Translations under genes and position numbers: made by a program
Shown here: in pieces, positions 13,298-26,419 of the stretch
Layout of the letters: each line of letters starts with the position of its first letter
How positions within the stretch are numbered: the stretch's first letter is position 1
Source: Chlorokybus atmophyticus
Taxonomy: Eukaryota > Plantae > Mesostigma and Chlorokybus algae
Reading direction: 5' to 3'
Length of the DNA: 64,000 nucleotides
Assembly: GCA_009103225.1 (NCBI GenBank)
Contig: RHPI01000260.1
Location: 506,203 to 570,202, forward strand
Notes under the pieces: generated by a model
The model's input: only the letters and a program-made list of their open reading frames with translations
The model's database searches: none
What the model was told of the DNA's origin: nothing

Positions 13298-13320
<23 letters not shown>
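13043..13320. repeat. 158-bp tandem duplication ending in (GC)n(GA)n
   Basis: 'acggctatgagctttatgacatgcatgcatgagcaagtcagtata...' starts at both 13043 and 13201. Confidence 0.85.
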
Positions 13321-13721
<401 letters not shown>

Positions 13722-13874
13722 ACGCAACAAAAACGGGAGATAAAATGCACCCACATCGTAATTGTTATGCACTGCAAATGGTTGCCCCTAAGACATTTTG
13801 CCACTCCTCATCATAGTATATGATAACAGTAACAATGCTGATACCGTCATGTTTATGACTAGCATCTGATGAGA

Positions 13875-13940
13875 GTTAGGGTTGGGGTTAGGGTTAGACA
13901 CACATGCTATAAATGTAGCATTATGCTACATTTATAGCAT
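13875..13940. repeat. Telomere-like TTAGGG cluster followed by a perfect 18-bp-arm palindrome
   Basis: GTTAGGGTTGGGGTTAGGGTTAG, then ATGCTATAAATGTAGCAT-T-ATGCTACATTTATAGCAT (13904-13940). Confidence 0.85.
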
Positions 13941-14875
13941 AAGCACGCGGAATGCTTGCAACATCATGCCAGAGCTTAACAAGATAAGGGCTAGTCGCGA
14001 ATGGTTACATCATACCAGTACCGCATAAAAGGTCAAGTAAAGCCAATGATGTCATTAACATAAACACATCGCTCCTCATCTACCTTGCTACGACTACTTA
14101 CGCAGGACATAACGTGCACTTGAGAATTTTGCAAGCACATCCATTTCTACAGTTATGATAAGAGCATGGCATCCACAATAGGGAACAAGCCTTGGCAAGT
14201 ATTGTTGTTGATTGCAGGTTTAATTGCCGTTCTTGTTAATAACTTCGGATGCGTAACGTTGTAGAGCGATAGCAACGCTCACAACGAGCGGATGCATACC
14301 GGGGTGAGGATGATGAGCTTGTTCAAAGTCAAAAACCAAGTTGATCCTGTAGTGCTACAGTTATGGCAAATCTCGATTTCAACTTTACATCATCGATCCA
14401 AATGTAGTAAAGCAACATAAGCTCAGTGCATACGCGCCAACCAGGTGACTTTAACAAGACGTAGTGTAATAATAATAATACTAAGTGTTATTATTATGAC
14501 ACTAAGCAATCCATATATAAGCTAACGAAACAAAGAAACAAAAAGGAATAGATAAACCCATTATACGGGCCTGATCCGGTCCATAACCTGCATCCGAAGA
14601 CAACAAGCGTTCACTGGACATCACCGTGTTAGCGCTTCTCGCTTGCCTTTGATCTGGATTTCAATCCTACAAGCAAGTAATTTAAACTGTGTCACCTGTG
14701 GCATACGCACAATATTATTCCATTGCCATCATGTCGCTAAAGTCGAATAAATTGTTGTTTGCGTCTACGTAAATTGTCTGATCAGCAACGGCACGGAACG
14801 GCGCAGGTCGACGCGGCTATTCAAGACGTATGCAAAACAAAGCAACTTGTAGCCTAGCGCTCTTCTCAACGAAAC

Positions 14876-14948
14876 TACATGTAGCTGAGCGCGCCTCTTT
14901 TGGAGGCACGACTCGTGCCTCCAAAAAAGGCGCGCTCAGCTACATGTA
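14876..14948. repeat. 36-bp-arm palindrome (1 mismatch, 1-nt loop)
   Basis: TACATGTAGCTGAGCGCGCCTCTTTTGGAGGCACGA-C-TCGTGCCTCCAAAAAAGGCGCGCTCAGCTACATGTA. Confidence 0.9.
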
Positions 14949-16174
14949 TGCATCGGATGCATTTGTCACAAATCTTTCGGCATGACTGACTAGAGACTGA
15001 GGGTCTGACCCCGCCTAACCCTAACGGACCCTAACGATTTGGGCCATAAAGGGATTAAGTAGACTGCCGATGCATTTCATGGACAATTTCAAAACAAGTT
15101 GTAATGGCCGGCCGCCTGTCGTACTAGACTCTTGGTTGCCGGTAATGCCCTTTAAGCAACTTGTGATAACGGCCGACCGCCAATTGTACAGGACCCGCGA
15201 CGGCGACTTACTTATCATAGCAAGTAGGTGACCTCTTGGGCCTACGGGCGACGAAGCATACCCGCCAGTCCCCTTTTACCGGCGGCCGGCCACCAACTGT
15301 GTAAAGCCCGCGGCGGTGACATGCCTGTATTGGTAAGCACGTCTCCGCTTAGTCCCAACTTATGGACGAGCGATGGCGGCGAGTTGGGACAGTGACATAT
15401 CAGTCCGGAACAGTTAACTGGAACACTTTCTGGATCTATTGTACCATTGCGATGGTACTATTGTACTATGGCACAATCGTACCATCAAGTGGTATCATAG
15501 CGCCATTAAAGCCGTTGAGCATCTGAAATGCTGCTGCTGCCCAAGTAGCAGCGCTTCACACGCACAACGGCTTTAAGCAAGTTGGGCAGGTGTGCGGCGG
15601 CGGCGGTGGCGGCCATGGCATAGTAGGTGAGATTGTTTGCATATGTGTAAACGTGTGATGAGATGCGGTGGTGTTGTGCGAAAAAGTGCAGCGTCACCGC
15701 CCTGCTTGCCGAGCAGACCAGGCCGGGGGGCGGCGGCGGCAATGGCATAGTAGGTGAGTTTGTTTGTGTATGTGTAATGCCGCTGTGTTGCATAATAGCC
15801 TAACCGCTCTGCTTGCTGAGCAGGCCAGGCGGAGGTGCTGGAGCTGCGCCAAAGCGGCGGCGGCGGCGGAGGAGCGGCAAGTTAGTTTGAAGGGTAGGAT
15901 AAGGGTAGTGGAGTAGCAGTAGTAGTAGTTCACAATATACTATAGCAACAGCATATAATGTGTTATTAATTTCCTTTTTTTATTTTTTCAAGCGCAATTT
16001 TGCTTGTGATATGCCGTTCCCCACAGTACATGAATGGTACCTGTCGGTACCTTCGAAAGTAACGTCAGGTACCATAAGGTACTTTACTAGTACCTGACAG
16101 TCAGGTACCTTTGGCGTAAAGTCGCCTGTGCCTAACTGTTGGGTATCTGTTAATTAGGTCAAGTCCCCTTTGCT

Positions 16175-16209
16175 TAACTGATGGGTACCTTACAGGTACC
16201 CATCAGTTA
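16175..16209. repeat. Perfect 16-bp-arm hairpin
   Basis: TAACTGATGGGTACCT-TAC-AGGTACCCATCAGTTA, within a GGTACC-rich tract (16036-16200). Confidence 0.88.
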
Positions 16210-19102
16210 GGGTCAGCCCCATTATGCAGACGGCCGCCGATCAATAGTGACGGCCGTTATACTCAGGTTTCTGTATCGAGATTACAGATGGACTGAGCCA
16301 TGACAGTCGAAATGGGTATCCTCAAGTGCACGGCCGTTGCCAATATTCAATTGGCCGGCAGGGGAAACATTTTGCGACGTTATCGTGACTCAAATCTGTT
16401 AGCGCGTTGGTTGAAGTGTTCGCAAGATGGGCGCCGAAGCTATCGAGGCTTTGTCGTTATCCTTTTGTCGAAATGGTTGGCTTATTTCAATTCTCAACTT
16501 CAAGCCCAAAAGCAGGTTAGATCAATTGAGTCACCTGTCGTGTACGCACATTGTTAATCCATTGCAAACATGTCGCTAAAGTCTAATGAATCATTGTTTG
16601 CATCCACAGGAATTAATTGATCAATAATGGCACGAGGCGGCGCGGGTCGACGCGGCTATAATAGACGGATGCAAAGCGGAGCTACTTGCATTGCGCCTCA
16701 TAAAGAGGCGCCATATAAAGAGGCGCGATGCATTACCGTGACTTAACTCTATAGCGCGTAGGTGAAACCGCGTAATGGCGCCCATCTCGTGGGGCGCTAA
16801 AGCTATCGAGGCCTTATCTTTATCCCTTTGTCGTAATGGTCATAAAGTTTAGCTATACCTCTCTTTTAAAGAAATGAACCCCGACGACAAGTTGGCGTCG
16901 GAGCTGATATTGTGTAAGGAAGGTGCTTGAGAACATACTTGTCTATCGCTCAACAAGGGCACCTTCCGCAATTCTTTTTTTCCTAAACAATGGTTGAAGA
17001 AGCCAATGCCTTCGAAATTGCTTTATCATAAAAGCCAATCCCTTCGCGGGATGTTTGCCAAGTTCTGCTATACTTCTCCGAGAAAATTACAGCCCCAACA
17101 TCAAGGAGACGTCGCTTTGCTAAACAACGGCACCTTCCCCAAAGGTTTGGTGCAAGGCATGGCAAATTGCCAAGCATGGCACCTTTCTACCCTTAACTAA
17201 TGACTGCAACCCCTAGCTACGTTTACCCTCTACTTCTTGTACTTGCCTCTGAGCTCCCCCTTTGCCTTTCAATGCCCAACCGAACTGCCCCCACCCCCCA
17301 CCCCCATGCATAGGAAAATCCGGTGGTGAACGCAACCCCTACCTCAATTCTAGCGCAACCCCTACCTCTATCCTTGAACTTCTAGCCCTCACTTTAAGCC
17401 CGTTATCGTAAACCTCAAACTTCAACCCACAATCCACGAGTACTATGATATGTGGATTACCTGATGCTAAATTAAACAGGGGCGCCACGAAACAAACTGT
17501 TTGTTATATTAACATAATGCCGTTATGTGTTTTCAAAATTGATAATAACAACAGGGCATATAGTGTATTCTATCACTGTATTTATGAATTGTCGCATGTA
17601 TCAAATGATTTCATAACACCATCCTCAACTTCAATTCACTTTCATGCATGCTTGTTTTTGATTGGTCACCACGAGTACCTTTCAGGTATTTCTGTATGAT
17701 GTGTAACGATAAAGTTTTTAACATTACAGCCAAAGTCGTTCAGGTTTGATTATGAAATTCAAGGGTATATATGACAAAAAGGTGAGCGTCCTTTATTGAA
17801 TTGTTGCAATCCACCAAGCTTATTAGCATGTGTATAAGCACCCGCCGGGTGGCACATACATTTGTTTTTTAATTAGAAGATATGCTGGCATACCCACGTT
17901 ACTAAAGCTAGTAGCATTTGCGATTGCGATTTGGATGTGCAAGTAAGTTTTCAAGCTATTGTTGATGCATTTGTTGCATGGATGCGCTACAGTTGCATTG
18001 ATTGATGTATTGGTGTTGATCTACATTGCAAACATAGACTTTTTCAATACTACTGTCCTTCCATCAACCTTCCGCATGCACACGTGTCAAATTGTGGCAG
18101 GATTACGTTTGCACCACAACTAGATGTCCAACAGTGTTTGTGAGAAAATAGCAAACAGAATATTCATAGGATATTCATAGGATTTATATAATTTGCAGTT
18201 TAAAACCGCAAAGAATAAGTTAGCAAACCAATCGTTTTGCATTTATTTCATAAATCATATATAAGCACTAAAGTTTTATGACAGTCGTGACACTTTTGCT
18301 CATAACATGCACCAGCTGCACGAAGAATATAGTCACGTAACTTTGCATAAATCCAATTGTCAATACAGAATTCGAGTTGAGAAGTTGTTGGACATGATGT
18401 TGCAATTGTGATGTGATGACACTGCTAATAACTCGGGCCCGTATTTCTTACATAAAACGTATTTAAACAATATTGAAGGTACTTAAAACAAGCTTATATT
18501 ACTATGAAAAGTCTCTTTTGCAAATGCTGATGTGAAGTGCTTATAGAGAAAAATAACATTACTGTATGTTGTTTCAGACTGAATCTCAGGCCCTCTCAGC
18601 TGGCCAATACAATAACTGAGGGCCTGCGAGTTTCAGTCTAAAACATGAAACCTTAACCAGGTGAGGTGGCAGCTTAGTGCGTGGGGCCAATCAAGCAACA
18701 CGCCACGCGCGGGAAGCAAACAACTGAATGGAACACCTTGCCTTCCTCTACTGTGTGCGCAGCAGATCGCCATGGATCGCCAGCCACCCTGCTCAGGCGT
18801 GCCACGCGGCAGCAGAGGACTGTACCAAACCCTAGGCTTAGGCTCGGCCTGATACACCCAGGCCAATTGCCCGCGCGAACTCCGCGGCACAGCGCAGTGC
18901 CGCCGGCGCTGGCTTGGGCGGCGTCGGCGGCGGGGTCGCCGTCGTGTGTGAGCACAATGCGGGGTCAGGCATGGGTACGGCGATGACGTAGGTGCCTGTT
19001 TCGCCCCCTGCCAGCTTCCGGGCTAGTGCTTGGCCGCTCTGCCGTCCTGCTGTGCTCTTCCCCCGGCCTGCCCGGGCTGCTGCAGCCGCGGTAGTCCGTT
19101 TC

Positions 19103-20976
19103 ATGGCGCTGCTGAGGGGGGCGTCGGTGCTCCTTCGACCTGCGCTGCGTGCCACTCAGGCTGCGGTGCTGGGTGAAGGAGCAATCGCCGCCCCGCTAGC
19201 CGCTGCCTCAGAGGAGGCCCGCCGCCGGCTGCACTCCGCTCGCTCCGCAACTTTGACCCGCATTGTGCGCGCAATGCTCGCCTACGTTGGAGCCAGCGTC
19301 ACCGTGGTGGCTGCAAGTGATGTAGGGGGCGACGGCGTCTATGCAAGGTATGACAAGAGGAGTTTTGGCAAATGCACTGGTTGGACATTAGCAGGAGTTT
19401 GCAGCTTCATTTGCACAGACATGCCGAGTTCTGCATGTTTCATCTCAATCATGGAAGTCGTTGCATTGTCTTTACAATGTCTTGATGCTTACTGTTGCTT
19501 GCTGTTGCTTACTAAGGCAATGCCTTCTTGGCAATTGGCTTTGCATGTTTGATGACAGAATCAAGCAGCTTCATTATGTTGAAAAAGTACCCTGCGTAGT
19601 CTTCAGCCAAACAAAAGCCGCACGTTGACTGGCTATCAACGGCAATTCTGGTTGTTGGCCTAGTCTACAATGCACGAGGCTTTCAGCTTGTATGCAGCTT
19701 TGGGAAGTTAGTTGCTTGGTTGTGCGAGTCAGTTAGGCAGGCACTATCTGGTGATAGCTGACTGATTTTTGCTCATTTCTACCAGGGAGATGGACCGCAG
19801 GGGTCCCCACATGCACAATGCGCGAGGCATAATGCGCATGACTGCCACTGTGCGAAGCCGTGTGTCAGGCGCCATCAATCCTACAGCAAGACCAGAGTCA
19901 CCCATGCATGGGTTCATGTACACCAAGGTGCCAAGGGCTACAGAGGTGAGCATCAGCAGCAGCCCGCACAATCCCGGCCTTGCTGCTGCAGGGCTGCCGC
20001 CACTGCCACCTGGCGCAACGCAGTTCACCTCGACTGAAGCGCGTGATGGTGTTCGTGGAGGAGCATTACCCTTGCAGACAACATGCACGCATGGCCAACA
20101 GGAGGTATGCGACACCCGCAGGCCTCGCAAGCGGGGACGAAGGGTGGGTGTACGACGCTGGGTCATGCCGGATGACTGCAACTTGGCTTCCCACTGCCCA
20201 GGAGCCGTTCACCGCTCCCGCGGCATGCTGCGCACGGGCAGTGCCAACGCCATCAGCACTGTCACCGTAGAAGATGCACGCGACAGGACAAGCTCGGCAG
20301 GCTTGCGTGGCGTTTTACCCCCAGCTGAGCAACCTGCACCTGGTGAAAAACTGGACAAGGATGCGCAGTCCAGGTACAAAATCCGCATGCACGCATAAAA
20401 CCTACAGCCATAGTTGCATGCACACATCCCTGCATGCTGGCCTTGGCTAAGCAACTGACACCTGCATCTATGCCTGGCAGTGTGGAGGGCGTCGTCAATG
20501 CTCTTGGCGAGGCACTCGTGCTAGCGCAGAGTAGGGCACGTGAAGCTGAAGTTGCATTAGATGAAGCTCAAGCAGAGCTGCAGCAGCTGCGCTTGCAGCT
20601 ACGGTGGCGGGCAAAGGATGAGGCTTTCAATGACGAGGCCTGCCAGACCACTCCAGTTCTGGGAGTGCATTTTGAGTGCATGGACACTCAAGGCGATGTC
20701 GTAATGACGGATGATTGGCATGGCGTCCATCTGGCAGCTGGTGCAAGCGGTGCGCTGTGCCCCAATTGCCAACGCATGATAGATGAGGCTGCAGATGCGG
20801 ACGCGACGGCTGGCGGGGTGGGCTGGCCATGGCATCTACTGCACATCGGCGTGGCTGTGACCTGCATTTCTGCAGCTGCTGCCGCCGCTGTGCTTTGGCT
20901 ACGGGCGCCTTCTTATCTGGCGCAATCGCTTTTGGTCAACAGATGTATGGTTACTGCAGCAGCCCTTGTCGTGTAA
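19103..20976 (+). CDS. Hypothetical protein: possible organellar presequence, coiled coil and C-terminal hydrophobic segment(s)
   Basis: Three exons splice in frame: MALLRGASVLLRPALRATQ...VYAR|EMDRRGPH...DAQS|VEGVVNALGEALVLAQSRAREAEVALDEAQAELQQLRLQL...CPNC...WHLLHIGVAVTCISAAAAAAVLWL...*. No family recognised. Confidence 0.5.
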
Positions 20977-21600
20977 TACGATGGTCTCGTCTCGCTCAGG
21001 GACATTGGAGATCATTGCATTTCCCGAAACGCTGCTTGCACCTAGCTGACATCTAGGCTTCCAACTTTGGGCTGTTAGTCAGGACATAGCGCTGGACCCT
21101 GTGTTCGTGTTCGACCGGCCTTTTCCTGTTTAGATCAGCCGATACACTTGCTAGCTGTACATAGTGTGTAGATTGTGGGAGTAGCTGATGTAGATATGGC
21201 AACTGTCCTAGGTAGGTTTACATGTTCCGTCATAGCAACTGACATGGTCTTGTTTCATGAGTTGCGCTTTTTGCATTTGGTAGCTTGGAATGTGTACATG
21301 CCTCTGCCTTGCTCACAGGGAGTGACAGGCTATAAGCTCCATGGCTGCAGTTGATCCATCTGCATATCAACAACACTGTTTCACATGCTCCCTGCTTGCA
21401 AGCAACAGAGAACATGTTGTGCGTTGTTGAAGACTGACTCGGAACTTGTCGAATGCCAACGTGGTCAGTTTCTGGAAGGAAACAGTAACACGTGCAATGC
21501 AGCTTCCCACAGCGATTACAAACTTGAAGCAACAGACAACCCATGCGACAGTGTAAACTATATATCACCAACTCGCTGCACTGTATCAGCGGCAGAGCTA

Positions 21601-24600
21601 CTACATCTGCTGCTGCAGAGGGTGGAAGGAGAATGGGTTCATGGACGTGACGGAGATAGAGAACCTTCCCAATCGGCCCGGTAGATACGTGCACGGCATG
21701 ATGACATACTTGTGTGGGATGCCGCCCTCACCCTCACTATCACCCTCGTTATTGTGACGGCTCACGTCGACGGGCTCGAGGTGGCACTCGAGGGACTGCG
21801 TGTCCGCAGGCACAAAGGGCGTGTCCGCCGTCACGCACTTGCGATCGTAACTACCGTTGGCGCACCCGCGCAACACGTACAAACCAACCATCTGACCAAG
21901 CTCTGTACCCGCACGCCAGCTGCGATCCAACCGCGCCACCGTGATGCGAAACCGACCCTGCAATGGTATGAGTTGTTGGTTGGTTGGTTGGGTGCTCTTG
22001 CTTGCAATGCACATGATGTGTGCACATGTTGCCTTGCCTTCTTGAGTGGGTTGAGCACAAACAAGGGGTTTTGGCTCCAGCAACCCGGATGGAGGTCGCA
22101 CCCGCCACTCAGCTCCTTCGTCCACTCACCGATCAACGTTACACTCTCTGCCTGCAACCACCCAACAACATCACTACGTCATCACCCACCATCACCAACA
22201 ACATGACTGACTGTGTTGTTGTCTTGCCTCCGGGAATGTGGAGAGCTCAATGGGTCGAGCGCTGTAGATCGAGAGCTCAAACGCTCCCATAACCCCAGAC
22301 TGCATCAACAAACAAAGATCAGCTGTCACAACTAAGCCGAGGAGTGCGCGCGTGTGTGTGTGTGTGTAAGCATGCGCGCGTGTGTGCGGGTACCACATAC
22401 TTGGTGTGTTGATGGCACAACAAGGTAGGGTTCCCCAGGCCGCAGAGTCATGAACGCTACCGACTCACGCTCAGAGTAGTACTCACTCTGATGCAGAATC
22501 TGCCCATACAGATACAACCGTTAGCACCACCACCACCACCACCACCACCACCGCCATAACAACAACATCAACCTCATTGTCTATGTCGATGGACAGCTTG
22601 CGTCCGAATCCTTCCTTCTCCATCGCGGGTCGCGTCACGCAGAACCCGATCATCTTGTCTTGATTCTCACCTGTCTGGTCCTGCGATGCACTGGCCACGT
22701 TGTCATCGGCAGTGTCGTCGACGTTTGTGAGCTTGGCTAGATCCGTCCGTCGCAACATCAATGCTACCATCGTAGTCTCCTCAACAGTCAACATGAACTG
22801 CAGACACAAGGAAAAGAGTTGTGGTGTTAAAGTGTGTACACGTGCGTGCACGCACGTGCGTGCATGCGCACGTGTGCGTGCGCACGTGCCTGTGCGTGCA
22901 CATGCGCGTTTGCATGTGCGTATGTGCCTGCAAGCGTGGGTAAGTGCGTGCAAGTGCGCGCGCGCGCGTATGTGTGCGTGCGTGCGTGCGTGTGTGTGCA
23001 TCAAAAGTGTGTGCAAAGGGTTGTGTGTTCTTGGTCGCTAGCAATATAGCAACGACTAGTTTGAGTCGGAAAACGATGCCAAGAGTTTCATGCATTGACT
23101 CCTGCACGATTCATGCCTGGGGGTTGCTTGGCCATGGCGGTCTGGTCGGTCTCCCACCCGCAGTATGCGATCTCCACGCTCCAGCCACCGCCAGTTCATA
23201 CTCCGACAGTAGCCGATCCAGCACAAACCCACCATCCTCATCCTCAATCCCAACACCAACATCCTCCTTCGCCCCCACTCTCTTCCTCTCGCTACACACC
23301 CGCAGGACGTACGCGCCCTCGTAGCCGCGCGGCTCCGCGTACGGCACAATCACGCACGCAGAGTTGACATGCAGATCAAACTCCACGCACACGTCTCTAC
23401 ATTTGCTCTCATACGCAGCAAGCACATTCTTCTCATCCTCTTTGACCCACTTGCGCGTGTACCCGCTGTTGACTCCTCTTTGCTGCTCACTCTTCAACAC
23501 AACTAATCCTACACGGGGTCGGTTGTGCTTGCGGTCGCTGTTGTTGAGTCGCCCGTCGCGGCGTGAGAGGGTGACGATGATGCGCGTAGTTGTGGTGTTG
23601 TTGGGGTTGTTATTGTTGGTGCGAGGCTTGCTGCTGCCGCTGCTGCTGGTAGCCCGGGGACGAGGACGGAGGATGTACTGCGGGTTGGCGTGGAAGGTGC
23701 CCGAGGGATGCCCGTTCGCACCCTTGGGCCTGATACAAGGAGGGTGTGTGAGTTGTTGCATGGTACAGATACACATGAATGTAGACACACGCACTCACAT
23801 TTGTGTGTCCCGCACAAACGTGTGCAGGCGGACACACACATGTCTACACATGCACGCACGCACACCTGAACTCATGTGCGCGCGTGCGAGGAAACAAACA
23901 TGCACAAGCATGCGCACAAACCTGCAATCAAAGATTGTGCTGTGTTGCGCACGCACGCATGCATGCACACGCAGAGAGTGAGTCAACTCACCCTCCACCT
24001 GCAGTGGTCCCAATCCACGACCCCCTCACCTCCCTCGTCCTCCACCTCGCCCCATCCTCCAGCATATGCACCACATAGAGATGCGAGAACGCATCCACCA
24101 CATCATCATAGCACATCCAAAAGCAGTCTTCCCTCTCATTTCCCCTCTCCTCATCAAGTCCCAGAGTCGTCTCCAGTCCCTTCCCGTGCGCATTCCATTC
24201 AGGCGAGCCCCAGGACCAGGGCCCAGTCCAGGACCGACCCGTCCCGGGACTGTGCATGCGCACGAGCTTTGCGCGCGCGTGTTCACGCACATCTAATATT
24301 GAGTATAGTGTGTCTTTGTTGATGTTGGCGGAGACGAGCGTGTCAGTGGCGTGCTTGCTGGAGAGTGTGCAGGCCATGAGACAACCACCACGAGAGTGGT
24401 TCCAGTCCATCATGTTGGACCAGAGTTGTAGACCGGAGTCATCACCGCGCGTGCGAGGGTCCTGGAGATGCAACTTTCGCACGCCACCGCCGGTCAAGTC
24501 AACAAGACCCTCTGCGCATACATGGTGTTTGATGGTCAGCATGTGCCACGCGCACACGTGCACACATACACGCAAACATGCAGTCCTACATGTGCAAGTG

Positions 24601-26419
24601 AGTGTGTGGACGCGCACACTCTGGCACCAACGCACGTGCGGACACTGTCACGCATACAGATGCACACACGTACGCACACGCACACATCAATCCTTCTCAC
24701 CACTTGTGCTTCCACCCTGGAGGCTTGCATAGGACCCGTGCAGCTTTGCAAAGGCTTTCTCGAGAAGGGAAGGCCACAGCTGAGGCGGGGACTCCGTGTA
24801 TGCAAACACCGGTCGCATGACAACACTGTTGTTGCTTTCATCACTGCTGCCACTCGTGCTCGGGATGGCCACAGGCAAGTTGTCATCAACAACAACCTGT
24901 GGCATGAGTAAGGTTTTACAGTACAGTAAGGAAAGGATACACGCACGCGCACACAATCCTCACCTCGTGCCATCCCCCATGTTTGTACAGCCTGAACGTA
25001 TACAACCCCACTTTCGCCTGTTCATCGCTCGCCACCAGGTTCATCACCGCTTCCGGCCTGGTCGTCGCCACGATCCCCATCGCATTCACCAGCCACTTGT
25101 CATTCAACTCTCCTTGCATCACAACACCCGCGGGACTCGCCGCGCGAAGTCCCTTACGTTGGTTCGTGCCCGTGCGCGGGACGTAAAAAGGTACATCATT
25201 AAACCGTCTCCAGCTAAAGGGAGATGTTGTGTCGGATGTTGGGTTGGATGTTGTATCAGAGGGTGAGATGCTCGTGGATGTAGGTGGGAATGTTGTGTCG
25301 AGGGCGGGTGCGTCGTCCGGAGCGCGTTCGGCTAGGTACTCCTCGTCTATAGTTGGGTCTATTGGGAGAGTGAGGGCGTCGGTGGTGAGGCGGGACTCGT
25401 CGTCTGGAGAGGTGTCAATGCGGGCGGACACGGCAAGGGCCGCGTTGGCGAGAGTGCAGAGAGTGGAAGAGTCTTTGATATTCTTTTTGTCGCGGTCGGT
25501 GGGAGGTTTCGGCTTGGTGCGGTGGTTGGGGGAAGAAGGCTGTGAACCACCGCCTGCGCGGTGGGTGGGTGGGTGGGTGGGTGGGTGGGTGCGCGTGTGG
25601 ATTCTTGCTCAATGCGCCTGTGTTTGCATGCGCGCATATGTGTCTGTGTGCATGTATGGAGCGTTCTAAGGTTGTTGAATTATATGTGAAATGTGTATCG
25701 CGTCTAGCAACCGTCAGTATGTGCGTCAAAGACATGTGAGGACGTGTGGAGGCACCGGCGGCGTTTGTCAATGGAAAGAGTCAAGGCACCGTCTCGAAGG
25801 AATCTGTTCAAATTGTTGCCAAGTTTGTATGTTCGTGATAACAGTCCGGAGAATCTAGCAGCCAGGTGCAAGCATAACTAGGAATAATGCACGCAGGAAC
25901 ATTCTGCCTATTTATCAATGTGTGTCTGATTGTAACCAGATCTACCGGTTCATGTCCATATGAAACGATCTTGAGAAATTTACTCCTGATCATCGAGCTT
26001 TGTTAGGGTTAAAGGTGGGAGGGAGACCTGTGTGATGCTGTCTGTGCCAAGTGCTGAGCAAGTTCCAAGCCGGCATGGTTCATGACAGCAAAGAGAAGCA
26101 TCATTTTCACCCAACAGCTTCCAGGCGCGATCACGTAGTTATCATTGCTATTGTTTGTTTACCGTGGTTTCTGAGTTGGCTTTGATATGCAAAAATTCTA
26201 CACTCACGTCTGGCAGCAGGCGACGTGGGCGCGCTCTTTGATCCTCCGCTCATGGCGCTCAGCCTGCTGCTGCCGTGCGGCGCATTCTCCACCAAGGCCC
26301 GCAGAGGCCGCCGCGATCCCTGCATCTCCACCACCCTGCTCGTCCTCCTCCTCCTCCTCCTCGTCCACCGCCGCCGCCTCGTTCTTGGCGTCCTGGTTGG
26401 CCTGCTGAGGCTTGCGCAT
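21601..26419 (-). CDS. Calpain-like protein (CysPc fold + three domain-III/C2L repeats) with all three catalytic residues replaced
   Basis: CysPc motifs QGELNDKWLVNAM, GLYTFRLYKHGGWHE, VVVDDNLP, WPSLLEKAFAKLHGSYASLQGGST, EGLVDLTGG and FWMCYDDVVDAFSHL. Three domain-III starts (GSWIGTTAGG..FHANPQY; GAWRSHTAGG..NPQF; GEWTKELSGG..WSQNPLF). Upstream exons (26419-26207, about 25798-25702, from 25553) join in phase. Confidence 0.82.

Larger units (their letters stand above)
14660..16690. repeat. Pair of diverged ~190-bp direct repeats (about 14660-14850 and 16499-16690)
   Basis: Colinear shared blocks gtcacctgt, tacgcaca, ccattgc, catgtcgctaaagtc, ggtcgacgcggctat and tgcaaa; roughly 70% identical by eye. 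Confidence 0.7.

Noticed and set aside
16983-17200. Short ORFs with faint MULE-like (DKAISKAL) or LINE-like (PKVWCKAW) snippets
   Set aside because: Matches are only a few residues, in different frames, with stops; not distinguishable from chance.
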